From an uncultured Desulfurococcales archaeon (GTDB lineage: Archaea; Thermoproteota; Thermoprotei_A; Sulfolobales; Acidilobaceae), in the NCBI GenBank assembly GCA_964342635.1, contig CAYFFY010000001.1:7687-51305 (forward strand): a DNA stretch of 43,619 nucleotides. Direction: 5' to 3'. The notes under the pieces were generated by a model. The model had not been told where the DNA came from. It worked only from the letters and a program-made list of their open reading frames with translations, and did no database searches. Shown here in pieces: positions 18,679 to 27,961 of the stretch (position 1 is its first letter; every line of letters begins with the position of its first letter). Position numbers and translations under genes: made by a program.

Positions 18679-20136
18679 ATGGGTGACAAGCAGGGGCAGC
18701 TGAGCCTCTCGGAGCTCAGGCTGCTCAGGGCCTTATCTTCCCTTGAGCGCGGTGAGCTAGACCTGGACTCGTCAGAGGCCAAAATAGGGCTTCCCAAGAG
18801 CACGGTCTCCAGCCTCGCCAGGCTCCTCGAGTCAAAGGGCCTCGTGCGCATAATAGCGGAGAACGTTGAGGAACTCAGCCTAACTGACAAGGGGCGGGAC
18901 GCGCTCGCCAACGGCCTACCCGAGGAGAGGCTTGTTGAGGCCCTGCTCAGGTCAGGCGGGGTTGCACCGGCCGAGTCGCTGAAGGAGGAGCTAGGCCAGG
19001 CCTTCTCGGTTGCCCTGGGTCTTGGCATCAAAGCAAACGCCGTTAAGGTCGAGTCCGGCCAGGTCAGGCTCCTGAGCTATGAGGGCCTTAGGGAGGACGC
19101 GCAAAGGCTAAGGGGCGCTTTAGCCGCCGTCTCTGAAGGCGGCAGGCCGGACCCTGACACGCTGCGAGTACTGGTATCAAGGGGGCTCGTTAAGGCCTCG
19201 AGAAGGAAGGCCGTAAAAGTTGTCCTCACTGAGGAGGGGCTGAGGGCGGTTAGGGAGTCCACCCCAACCATATCAAGGCTGACCCATGAAGTCCTGGTGA
19301 GGGGGGACTGGAGGCAGGCCCAGGTCAGGCCCTACGACGTAAGCGTTGAGCCGCCCAGGATCCTCCCTGCCCGCAAGCACCCGCTTGCCGAGTTCATAGA
19401 GGAGCTCAAGGACGTAATGGTTGAGTTAGGCTTTGTTGAGGTGGAGGGACCCCTCGTTGAGCTTGAGCTGTTCAACTTTGACGCCCTCTTTCAGCCCCAG
19501 GACCACCCAGCCAGGGAGATACAAGACACCCTGTGGCCTGACCTCCCTCCAGCAGACCTCACCCCCTACGCTGACCTGGTCAAGGTAGTCAAGGACGTGC
19601 ATGAAGGGGGCTGGGGGTACGTGTGGAGCCAGGACGTGGCCGCCAGGCTCATACTGAGGAGCCAGACCACCTCAGTCTCAATAAGGGTCCTAAGCCAGAG
19701 GCCAAAGCCCCCCATAAGGTTCTTCACCGTTGACAAGGTATTCAGGGCGGACCCCGTCGACGCAACGCACCTGTCGGACTTTCACCAGCTTGACGGCATA
19801 ATGGGCTGGCACGGCTACAGCTTCAGGGACCTCCTCGGCTTCCTGACGCAGTTCTCCAGGAAGCTCGGGCTTGAGGTCAGGTTCAAGCCGGCGTACTTCC
19901 CGTTCACGGAGCCCAGCGTAGAGGGGTATGCAAAGATAGGCGGCTCCCTTGTCGAGGTCTTCGGGGCCGGCCTGTTCAGGCCCGAGGTGCTTAGGATAGC
20001 GGGCGTCGACTATCAGGTTGGGGCGTGGGGCATGGGCGTTGAGAGGCTCGCGCTAGCTAAGTACGGCCTGAGCGATGTCAGGGACCTCTACTCAAAGGAC
20101 TACGAGTTCCTCTCCTCGTTCAGGGCAAGGGTGTGA
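18679..20136 (+). CDS. pheS: Phenylalanine--tRNA ligase alpha subunit
   Basis: NFDALFQPQDHPARE.QDT, LRSQTT, FR.D..DATH..DFHQLDG, YFPFTEPS, GMGVERLA; ATG at 18679 lies downstream of the TATA box. Confidence 0.97.
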   Translation: MGDKQGQLSLSELRLLRALSSLERGELDLDSSEAKIGLPKSTVSSLARLLESKGLVRIIAENVEELSLTDKGRDALANGLPEERLVEALLRSGGVAPAESLKEELGQAFSVALGLGIKANAVKVESGQVRLLSYEGLREDAQRLRGALAAVSEGGRPDPDTLRVLVSRGLVKASRRKAVKVVLTEEGLRAVRESTPTISRLTHEVLVRGDWRQAQVRPYDVSVEPPRILPARKHPLAEFIEELKDVMVELGFVEVEGPLVELELFNFDALFQPQDHPAREIQDTLWPDLPPADLTPYADLVKVVKDVHEGGWGYVWSQDVAARLILRSQTTSVSIRVLSQRPKPPIRFFTVDKVFRADPVDATHLSDFHQLDGIMGWHGYSFRDLLGFLTQFSRKLGLEVRFKPAYFPFTEPSVEGYAKIGGSLVEVFGAGLFRPEVLRIAGVDYQVGAWGMGVERLALAKYGLSDVRDLYSKDYEFLSSFRARV

Positions 20137-20139
20137 GCC

Positions 20140-21831
20140 GTGGTAAAGCTCCACTTCTCGGCTGAGAGGCTCGCCGAGACGACCGGACTAGAGGTTGGCG
20201 TGCTTAAGGACGCGCTCTTCAGGCTCAAGTGCGAGGTCGAGGAGTCCGAGGGCGCCCTTGAGGTCGAGGTTAACCCTGACCGCCCTGACATGTTCTCGGC
20301 GGAGGGCATTGGCAGGGCCGTGAGGGGCCTCGCCGCGATTGAGCTCGGCTGGTCGCCGCCCGAGCCAGTGGGCTCCGGCGTTCAGCTCGTCAACGAGTCG
20401 CCTAGTTCAAGGCCTGTCATAGCTGGTGCGGTCATATATGGGGCCAACGTTGACGAGCAGTTCCTCGTCGAGCTGATACAGTTCCAGGAGAAGCTCCACG
20501 AGACGCTGGGAAGGAGGCGCCGCAAGGTCGCCATAGGCATCCATGACCTCTCGAAGATCAGGGGCAAGAGGCTAACGTACGCACTTGTAGGGCTTGACGC
20601 CTACATGGTGCCTCTGGGCTCCAATACCAGGATGACCGTTAAGGACGCCTTGGCCGTCACCGAGCAGGGCGTAAAGTATGGGGGCCTTTCGATAGTTGAG
20701 CGCGAAGGCCTTCCACTTCACCCCGCCATAACCGATGAGGAGGGGAACATCATATCGCTGCCCCCTGTCATAAACTCCGAGCTGACGAGGATTGAGGCAG
20801 GTACAAAGGACCTCTTTATTGACGTGACGGGGATCGACGAACAGGCCGTGAACCAGGTCCTCAACGTCCTCGTGTTGAACCTCGTAGAGAGGAAGGGGGC
20901 ACAGCTCGGCACTGTCACGGTGGTCAGGAGAGGCCGGCCAGAGGCCATAAGGCCGTCGCTTGAGACCCACCCGCAGAGGCTTGACCTAGGCTACATTAAC
21001 GGCGTCCTCGGGACCGACCTAACAGTTGACGAGGTCTCGTTTGCCCTCCTGAAGATGAGGTACCCCATTGAAGCTTCAGCCCTCGCAGGCGATAATCTCA
21101 TGGCGCAGGTGCCCCCCTTCAGAGTTGATGTGTTGGGGCCGATAGACCTAGTTGAGGACGTGGCGATAGCCCTAGGATACGACTCACCTAAGCTTAACCC
21201 TCTTGAGCCGGCGGTGGCGCCCACCGGCTCGTTGTCCCCTATGTCTAGACTGACTAGGAGATCACGCGACCTCATGATAGGCCTCGGATACACGGAGCTC
21301 CTCAGCTACCTTCTGATAAGCTTCAACGTCCTCAATATGATGGGCCTCTCGGAGGCTGCGGTCAGGGTCAGGAACCCTGTACAGTCGGACCTTGACGCGC
21401 TTAGGCCGTCGCTCGCGCCATCGTTACTCATGGCTATGGCCTATAACGTCAGGAAGAGGAAGCCCGTTAAGTTGTTTGAGATAGGCAAGGTTGTAAATAA
21501 GGGGCCCAAAGGCGTGACTGAGGATAGGCGACTCGGAGCCGGCCTTATGGACGACTCTGTGGGATACGAGGACGTTCAGGCCGTCGCTTACTCCTACCTC
21601 AGGTCCTTCGGGCTTACACCGTCTGCGACCCCGCTTGTGGCGCCCCGCTTCCTGTTGGACGGGAGGAGCGCCGAGCTTATGGCTAATGGAAGGCCTGTGG
21701 GGGTCATTGGTGAGGTCAGGCCTGACGTACTCGAGGGCCTCAACATCGACTACCCCGTAGCCGTTTTCGAACTGTCGCTCGAGAGCTTGATACAGGTGAT
21801 CACGAGTGGAGGTGCAGGACAGGTCGCCTGA
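20140..21831 (+). CDS. pheT: Phenylalanine--tRNA ligase beta subunit
   Basis: NPDRPDMFSAEG, QEKLH, SLPPVINS, R.DVL..IDLVEDVAIA.GY, LFEIG. Confidence 0.97.
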   Translation: MVKLHFSAERLAETTGLEVGVLKDALFRLKCEVEESEGALEVEVNPDRPDMFSAEGIGRAVRGLAAIELGWSPPEPVGSGVQLVNESPSSRPVIAGAVIYGANVDEQFLVELIQFQEKLHETLGRRRRKVAIGIHDLSKIRGKRLTYALVGLDAYMVPLGSNTRMTVKDALAVTEQGVKYGGLSIVEREGLPLHPAITDEEGNIISLPPVINSELTRIEAGTKDLFIDVTGIDEQAVNQVLNVLVLNLVERKGAQLGTVTVVRRGRPEAIRPSLETHPQRLDLGYINGVLGTDLTVDEVSFALLKMRYPIEASALAGDNLMAQVPPFRVDVLGPIDLVEDVAIALGYDSPKLNPLEPAVAPTGSLSPMSRLTRRSRDLMIGLGYTELLSYLLISFNVLNMMGLSEAAVRVRNPVQSDLDALRPSLAPSLLMAMAYNVRKRKPVKLFEIGKVVNKGPKGVTEDRRLGAGLMDDSVGYEDVQAVAYSYLRSFGLTPSATPLVAPRFLLDGRSAELMANGRPVGVIGEVRPDVLEGLNIDYPVAVFELSLESLIQVITSGGAGQVA

Positions 21832-22666
21832 TTACCCGCTTCCGGTTAAGAGGGTTGGCTTCAGGGGCGTCGTGAAGAGAGTGACCATTAGGTCGCCCCT
21901 GGGCCCCTTCCAGCTAGCGGCCTCCCTCGACTTATTCGTCGAGATCTCCGTGGAGCGCAAGGGAGCCCACCTCTCTCGCAACGTAGACGCGATAAACCTG
22001 CTCCAGGCCATACCTGAGGAGTCCTGGAGCCTTGAAGGTTACGTTGACGCGATACACGGCGAGCTACTTGACCTCCACCCCTACAGCAGCTCAGCCACCG
22101 TGAGCCTTAGGACTACCTATTGGGCGCCGCTTAGGGCCTACGGAATCGAGGGCGTAGAGCCTGTCAAGGTTAGGCTTACAGTAACGGGCACGAGGGACTC
22201 TAAGACCTATTCAACGTCTGTGACCGTCAAGGGCATGACCGTTTGTCCTAGCGCACAGGCCTCGATTTCTGAGATCCTGAAACAGGAAGGTCCATCACCT
22301 AGCCACGTTCAGAAGGTACTGCTCACGGGCACGGTAAGGGTGCCAAGGCTAGTCGTGATAAGGGTTGAGGACATAGCCTCATGCCTCTGGTCGTCCCTCT
22401 CCGCGCCAGCATTCACGCTGCTCAAGAAGCAGCAGGAGGCAAGGCTCGTCCTAGGAGCCTTCCAGAACCCCAAGTTCGCCGAAGACGTTGTCAGGGAGGC
22501 GACTGCCAGGGTCTGGTGCAGGTTCGGGCAGCTGCTCCCCGAGGGCTCCACGATAAAGGCCGAGGTGCTGAGCCTGGAAAGCATACATCCGCAGAACGTG
22601 TACGCCATGACGTACGGCACGGCAAGGGAGCTGGCGCACCTTAAGTGCGAGACGATCACGTGCTGA
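21806..22666 (+). CDS. GTP cyclohydrolase IB/MptA family (FolE2)
   Basis: KGAHLSR, MTVCP, SHVQK, NPKFAEDVVR, ESIH T-fold motifs. Confidence 0.88.
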   Translation: MEVQDRSPDYPLPVKRVGFRGVVKRVTIRSPLGPFQLAASLDLFVEISVERKGAHLSRNVDAINLLQAIPEESWSLEGYVDAIHGELLDLHPYSSSATVSLRTTYWAPLRAYGIEGVEPVKVRLTVTGTRDSKTYSTSVTVKGMTVCPSAQASISEILKQEGPSPSHVQKVLLTGTVRVPRLVVIRVEDIASCLWSSLSAPAFTLLKKQQEARLVLGAFQNPKFAEDVVREATARVWCRFGQLLPEGSTIKAEVLSLESIHPQNVYAMTYGTARELAHLKCETITC

Positions 22667-22712
22667 GACCTTCCATCCTTTCAGGTGCGTAAATATACCT
22701 CAGCCAATGTAA

Positions 22713-24059
22713 ATGCATTGGGCTCAAAGAGCCTTGAGCAGCTGTCCCACGTCACTCATCGACTGGTACAAGGGCATGGAGTGGGCCATCAGGTGCCCTC
22801 AGGGCCTTTACGTTAAGTGCGTTGAGACCAGCTATGGCTTGATCCTCGAGGTGTCGGGCTGCGGCGAGCGGGCAGTGGTTCCCGTTTCGGCAGGCCAGTC
22901 GCCCAAGGAGCTGGAGGGCACCGTGGATTGGCTCAACTCGGTCCTTCGAGGCGAGGTTGAGGGGTTCAGAGCGTCGTGCTTGCGACCCCTTAGGCTTGGC
23001 CTCGTCAGGCCGGTCAGCTCGGGGCTGAGGTCAGTCACCTATGAAGGCCTTGACCAGGTCTCTGGCGAGAAGGTGCTATTCAAGGTTATGAGAAGGCTTG
23101 AGGCCGACAACCTAGAGCACCAAGTGTTAAGATATCTGACCGAGAGGGGGATTGGCGGCGTTCCATCCTATCTATGTCACGTAGAACGTGATGACGGCCT
23201 TTACGTGATAGTCACGAGTTTCATCGAGGGGGAGCCTGCGGCCTCCCTATACGTTCAGTCAGCCAGGGCCGGGGACGCTGGCCTTGTCTCAAGGCTGTCG
23301 GAGAGGATAGCGTTTAGGGTCGCAGAGCTTCACAGGGCCTTCATTGAATGCGACCAGGACTGGTGCAGGCCGGAGCCCATTAGTGAGCAGGATATTGAGA
23401 GGTGGGTTGGAAGGCTCACTTGGAGGGCGTCGTGGCTTAGGTCAGAGGGCCCTTCGCTGGTAAGCCCGGCAGAGAGGCCCCTCCTCTATGAGGCCTCCGA
23501 CGGCCTCTACGAGCTTGCGGCAAGCCTTGGTCCCACTCTGGGTTCCATGCTCGGCAAGGTCAAGGCTAGGACGCACGGTGACCTACACCTTTACCAGATT
23601 GTGGTCTCTAGGGACGAAAATGTCGTAATCACCGACTTCGAGGGGGAGCCCTACAGGATGCCGGCGTCTAAGGCTGAGAAGGAGCCTGTTGAAAGGGACC
23701 TGGCCGCCTTTGGAAGAAGCGTCGACTACGCTGCGGTAATGGGTGAGCAGGCTAGGTCTGGGGCCTCGATTGCCGACATTTCAAGCTGGCCCTCGCATGA
23801 GACCATTGAATGGGAGCGAGCTGTCTTTGAGCACTTCCTGGCAAGGTACCTTTACGCTGTAGGCCGCCTCTCCGGTGGCGTGACTCGCGAGATAACGCCG
23901 GCCGCGCTGACCTTCTGGCTGGCTGAGAGGGCCAGCTACGAGGTGATCTATGAGCTGGTGGCGCGGACAGGTTATCACTACGTACCAATAAGCGCTATAA
24001 CTAGGCTTGTAGAAGGTAAGGACCCCCTCGTTAAGGCCATAGAGTCCGTCTACTCGTGA
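22713..24059 (+). CDS. Maltokinase (Mak/Pep2)-like kinase, aminoglycoside phosphotransferase fold
   Basis: LFKVMRRL, AELH, THGDLHLYQI, TDFEGEP, RDLA...RS.DYAA, RASYEVIYEL. Confidence 0.8.
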   Translation: MHWAQRALSSCPTSLIDWYKGMEWAIRCPQGLYVKCVETSYGLILEVSGCGERAVVPVSAGQSPKELEGTVDWLNSVLRGEVEGFRASCLRPLRLGLVRPVSSGLRSVTYEGLDQVSGEKVLFKVMRRLEADNLEHQVLRYLTERGIGGVPSYLCHVERDDGLYVIVTSFIEGEPAASLYVQSARAGDAGLVSRLSERIAFRVAELHRAFIECDQDWCRPEPISEQDIERWVGRLTWRASWLRSEGPSLVSPAERPLLYEASDGLYELAASLGPTLGSMLGKVKARTHGDLHLYQIVVSRDENVVITDFEGEPYRMPASKAEKEPVERDLAAFGRSVDYAAVMGEQARSGASIADISSWPSHETIEWERAVFEHFLARYLYAVGRLSGGVTREITPAALTFWLAERASYEVIYELVARTGYHYVPISAITRLVEGKDPLVKAIESVYS

Positions 24060-25771
24060 GTTAGTATGAGCGTCCTTGGCGTCGAATCGCTGTCCACTAT
24101 GACGAAGCCGAACCTCATGAACTGCAGCCTGGAGCCCTTGGGGTAACCGGCGAGGGCTTTCTCCGCCACCCCTTCATGCCGAACCAGCTCAAGCCCCTTC
24201 GGCTCAAGCACCACGGCCTTGACTGAGGACCGCTCAGGGACCCACTGAACTATCTGAAGGGACCTCTTCCTTGCCTCCTCAAGGCTCACGCCGGCCAGCC
24301 TAAGCATGCCCGACTTCGGGTCAACCTCGTAGTTACCCAGGCCCATGAGCCTTACGGCGCCCCTGGCCGCGTCGCTGGCAGATATGTAGACCTTTTCGCC
24401 GGGGCACACCGTCAGCTCCCTCGTCCTCTCAGGCCTGTCAGGGTGTAATGGGAGCCTTGACGTAATGCAGTCAGGCTGCTCGAGGCTGAGGGTGACGCCC
24501 TTATCGCCTGAGGTCTCGACGAACATAAGCCTGTCGGCTACAGGGTCAAGCCTCTTCCTGTTAGTAGCCGCCAGGTTGGCCCAGCTTAGCTTGGCGTCCG
24601 TCGGCTTGACGCCAACGTCAAGTATGACGTCCCATATGGACTCAGGCAGTATACCCCTCCTCCTTAGGCCGGCTATCGTTCCGAACCTTGGGTCGTCCAA
24701 CCCCATGAACTCGCCCGCCCTTTCCTGCATGACCTTCTTGATGTAGCTCTTGCTCATTATGAACCCCTCCAGCTTGAGTCTCCCGAAGTGTATGAATGTG
24801 GGCTCAGACCAGCCGAAGCACCTGTACACGTAGCTCTGCTTCTCGGTGTTCACCTGGTGCTCCTTCCCCCTCAGCACGTGGGTTATCCCCATTATGTGGT
24901 CATCAACGCTGACGGCGAAGTTGTAGGTCGGCCACACTATGTACTTGCCCCCGGTCAGCGGGTGAGGATGCTTAGAGGTGTCTATGATCCTCATTGCGAC
25001 CCAGTCCCTCACGCTGGGGTTTGGGTGCCCGAGGTCGGTCTTGACCCTGATGACGGCATCCCCCTCCCCGTAGTGGCCTGAGAGCATCCTGTCAAACTGC
25101 TCCAGCTGCCACTCAGTGGGCATAGAGCGGTAGGAGGGCGGTGTTGAGGCAGCTATCGCCTTCTTGCTCTCATCCCCTCCAAGGTCAACATAGGCACACC
25201 CCCTGCTCAGGGCATCCCTTGCGACCTGGTAGAAGACCTCCATCCTGAGGCTTTGGACGTACTCCTCGTCCCACTTGATGCCAAGCCACCTGAGGTCCTC
25301 CTTGATGAGGTCGTAAGCCTCCCTGAGGGGGGTCTTTGTCCTCGGGTCCGTGTCCTCGAACCTCAGGACCATCTTGCCCTTGTACATGCGGGCGTACTCG
25401 TAGCTGAGTATCGCCGGCCTGGCATTGCCTATGTGTATCACGAAGTCGGGGTTAGGGGCGAACCTAGTCAGGACCCTGCCCTCTACAGCGTTAGGCAGTG
25501 GGGGTAGATGAGGCCTCTCCTCACGGCCGCGCTGAGCGCCAGCGGTCTCGCCCAACGCCTCAAGCTCCTGCCTCTGTCTTTCAAGGCCTAGGGCGTTCAC
25601 CTCCTCGACCACTACCTTGGCCAGCTCGGCCAGCTCCCTGGCCCTGGGCCTGAGATCGGGCCTATCCCCGAGGACACCCGCGATAACGCTGTTGGCCTGG
25701 GCGCGCCCTCCATGGAGGACGGCGTTCCTCAGCGCATACCTCCTTATCAGTTGCCTTAGGTCTTCGCTCAA
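24050..25771 (-). CDS. gltX: Glutamate--tRNA ligase
   Basis: RFAPNPD...HIGN, LRFEDTDP, ITHVLRGKEH, IMSKS; TTG at 25771 follows a GGTGG SD-like sequence. Confidence 0.97.
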   Translation of the reverse strand: MSEDLRQLIRRYALRNAVLHGGRAQANSVIAGVLGDRPDLRPRARELAELAKVVVEEVNALGLERQRQELEALGETAGAQRGREERPHLPPLPNAVEGRVLTRFAPNPDFVIHIGNARPAILSYEYARMYKGKMVLRFEDTDPRTKTPLREAYDLIKEDLRWLGIKWDEEYVQSLRMEVFYQVARDALSRGCAYVDLGGDESKKAIAASTPPSYRSMPTEWQLEQFDRMLSGHYGEGDAVIRVKTDLGHPNPSVRDWVAMRIIDTSKHPHPLTGGKYIVWPTYNFAVSVDDHIMGITHVLRGKEHQVNTEKQSYVYRCFGWSEPTFIHFGRLKLEGFIMSKSYIKKVMQERAGEFMGLDDPRFGTIAGLRRRGILPESIWDVILDVGVKPTDAKLSWANLAATNRKRLDPVADRLMFVETSGDKGVTLSLEQPDCITSRLPLHPDRPERTRELTVCPGEKVYISASDAARGAVRLMGLGNYEVDPKSGMLRLAGVSLEEARKRSLQIVQWVPERSSVKAVVLEPKGLELVRHEGVAEKALAGYPKGSRLQFMRFGFVIVDSDSTPRTLILTHE

Positions 25772-25784
25772 GGTCCCACCAGCT

Positions 25785-26801
25785 TCACTTCTCACGCTCG
25801 GCGCTGAAGACCGCGAGTTCCTTTAACGCTTCATATGCCACCTCGTCCTTCACGTACCCGGCATCCCTCAACGTCACTAGCTTGTCTACGGCGAGCTGCG
25901 AGTAGCTGCTGGCGAGGCCCTCAGCGTACTCAAGGGCCCCCGTCTCCTTTATCAGCTCTGCCGCCCTCCTCAGCTTGTCCTCGTCGGCCTTGCCCGAGAA
26001 TATCTCGGCGAGGAGCTGCCGGGCCTCCTGGCTCTTTGACGCGGCGTAGATCACGAGGAGAGTCTTCTTGCCCCTCCTTAGGTCGCTGTACACCGGCTTA
26101 CCTGTCTTGGAGGGGTCCCCAAAGACACCAAGGATATCGTCCCTTATCTGGAAGGCTAGGCCGACAAGCCTCCCGTACTCGCCGATGGACTCTATCACCT
26201 CGTCCTTTGTCTTGGCCGCTATGGCGCCCATCTTAGCGGAGGCCTCTATGAGGGCCGAAGTCTTAAGGTATATCATACCCAGGTAGTCGCTAGGGCCTAC
26301 GTCCCACGTCCTCTCAAAGAGCATGTCATATGCCTGGCCCTCAGCTACCTTCCTGGCTGCCTCGGCAAGCACCCTCACCGACTTGGCTACGAAATCTACT
26401 GGAAGGCCAACCTCCTGGGAGCCCAGGACGGAGAGGAACGAGGCAGCGAACATCAGGTCACCTGCGGTTATAGCCATAGGGACCCCAAAGGCCTTGTGTA
26501 CGGTCGGCACTCCGCGCCTGAAGTCATCGTTGTCCATTATGTCGTCGTGGACTAGTGTGAAGTTGTGGAATATCTCAACGGCTAAGGCGAGGGGGGTCGC
26601 CCTAACCTCAGCGTCAACCCCGCCAAGGGCCCTGGCAGTCATTAGCACGATAAGGGGCCTGAGCCTCTTGCCGCCGCCCTTTATCAGGTGCGTGCTGGCC
26701 CTGTAGAGCTCCTCTGGCGCCCCCTTAAGCGCCTCAAGCAACCTCGAGTCGATCAGAGGCACGTACTTCTTGGAGAGCTCGTCGAGGGTCTCATATGGCA
26801 A
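25785..26801 (-). CDS. gds: Geranylgeranyl diphosphate synthase
   Basis: GGKRLRP, LVHDDIMD.D.FRRG, GQAYD, AFQIRDD, K..YSDLR.GKKT. Confidence 0.95.
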   Translation of the reverse strand: MPYETLDELSKKYVPLIDSRLLEALKGAPEELYRASTHLIKGGGKRLRPLIVLMTARALGGVDAEVRATPLALAVEIFHNFTLVHDDIMDNDDFRRGVPTVHKAFGVPMAITAGDLMFAASFLSVLGSQEVGLPVDFVAKSVRVLAEAARKVAEGQAYDMLFERTWDVGPSDYLGMIYLKTSALIEASAKMGAIAAKTKDEVIESIGEYGRLVGLAFQIRDDILGVFGDPSKTGKPVYSDLRRGKKTLLVIYAASKSQEARQLLAEIFSGKADEDKLRRAAELIKETGALEYAEGLASSYSQLAVDKLVTLRDAGYVKDEVAYEALKELAVFSAEREK

Positions 26802-27927
26802 GTCCTTTACGCCAGAGAAGCGCCTCCAGCCTAGTTTTTAATATGTACCTCTCCAGGCTAACCCCCCTCGCCTCAAGTTCCTCTCTGAGCCTCCCCCACA
26901 CGGCTACGGGGACCCTCCACAGGTCCTCGACCTTGCTGCCCCCTGCCATGAATATGACGACGCTAAGCTGGTACAGCGTGGCCCCTACGAACGCGGTTAA
27001 CGACTCGCTTCCCTTTGACAGGGCCCTCAAAGCAGGGGCGGCAAAGCCCGCCAGGTCGGCCCCCAGCGCTACGACCTTAGCGGCATCCAGCCCTGACCTA
27101 ACGCCTCCGCTCCCAACTATGTAGGCCCAAGGCGCTGTCTCCCTCGCCTCCACCACAGCTATCGCTGTTGGATTCCCCCACCTGTCAGCGAGGGGCCCAG
27201 GGTCCTTCGCGGGCACGCCGCCATGCTTGGCCGCGGACCTGAGGGCCTCGACCTTAATCCAGCTCGTGCCGCCTAGGCCAGCGACGTCAAAACACCTGAC
27301 GCCGATGGAGCCCAGGTACGCTACGTCCTCCCTGCTCAGCCCGGTCCCAACCTCCTTCACCATGACGGGCACCGAAAGCTCGTCGACGAGCTCCTCAACC
27401 TTGGCTAGAACCCCTGAGAAGAAGGGGTCCCCTTCGTCCTGAAACGCCTCCTGGCCCGGGTTGAAGTGTATAGCTATGGCGTCAGCCTTTATCATCTCGA
27501 CGGCCTTAACGGCCTCCTTTACCCCATAGCCCTTGCTGAGCTGGGGAGCGCCTAGGTTGGCGACCACGAAGGCGTCTGGAGCCTTCTCCCTGACAACAGA
27601 GTACGTTCTTGCGACGGAGGGGTTCTCGATGCCTGCCCTCTGGCTGCCAACGCCTATTGCTAGCCTGAACCTCTGCGCTACCTCGGCGAGGGCGGCGTTT
27701 ATGGCCTCAGAGGCCAGGTGGCCTCCTGTCATGCCCGTTATCATAAGGGGGGCGCCGAGGACCTTGCCGCAGAACTCCTTAGAGAGATCAACGTCCTTTA
27801 GGTCGATGGAGGGGGACCCCCTGTGTATAATCCTGACGTCGTCGAGGAGGGTGCCCTCGGAGGAGTCCGTAGCGAGCCTTGCGACTATGTCGATGTGTTC
27901 CTGCTTCCTCTCGACGGTCCCGTTCAT
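26791..27927 (-). CDS. fni: Type 2 isopentenyl-diphosphate delta-isomerase
   Basis: RKQEHI, MTGG, GVGSQR, VKEVGTG, GGTSW, SGGVRSG; ATG at 27927 preferred. Confidence 0.95.
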   Translation of the reverse strand: MNGTVERKQEHIDIVARLATDSSEGTLLDDVRIIHRGSPSIDLKDVDLSKEFCGKVLGAPLMITGMTGGHLASEAINAALAEVAQRFRLAIGVGSQRAGIENPSVARTYSVVREKAPDAFVVANLGAPQLSKGYGVKEAVKAVEMIKADAIAIHFNPGQEAFQDEGDPFFSGVLAKVEELVDELSVPVMVKEVGTGLSREDVAYLGSIGVRCFDVAGLGGTSWIKVEALRSAAKHGGVPAKDPGPLADRWGNPTAIAVVEARETAPWAYIVGSGGVRSGLDAAKVVALGADLAGFAAPALRALSKGSESLTAFVGATLYQLSVVIFMAGGSKVEDLWRVPVAVWGRLREELEARGVSLERYILKTRLEALLWRKGLAI

Positions 27928-27961
27928 TAAGCGCCCTAGCCCGATAGATGAGGGTCGAGTA

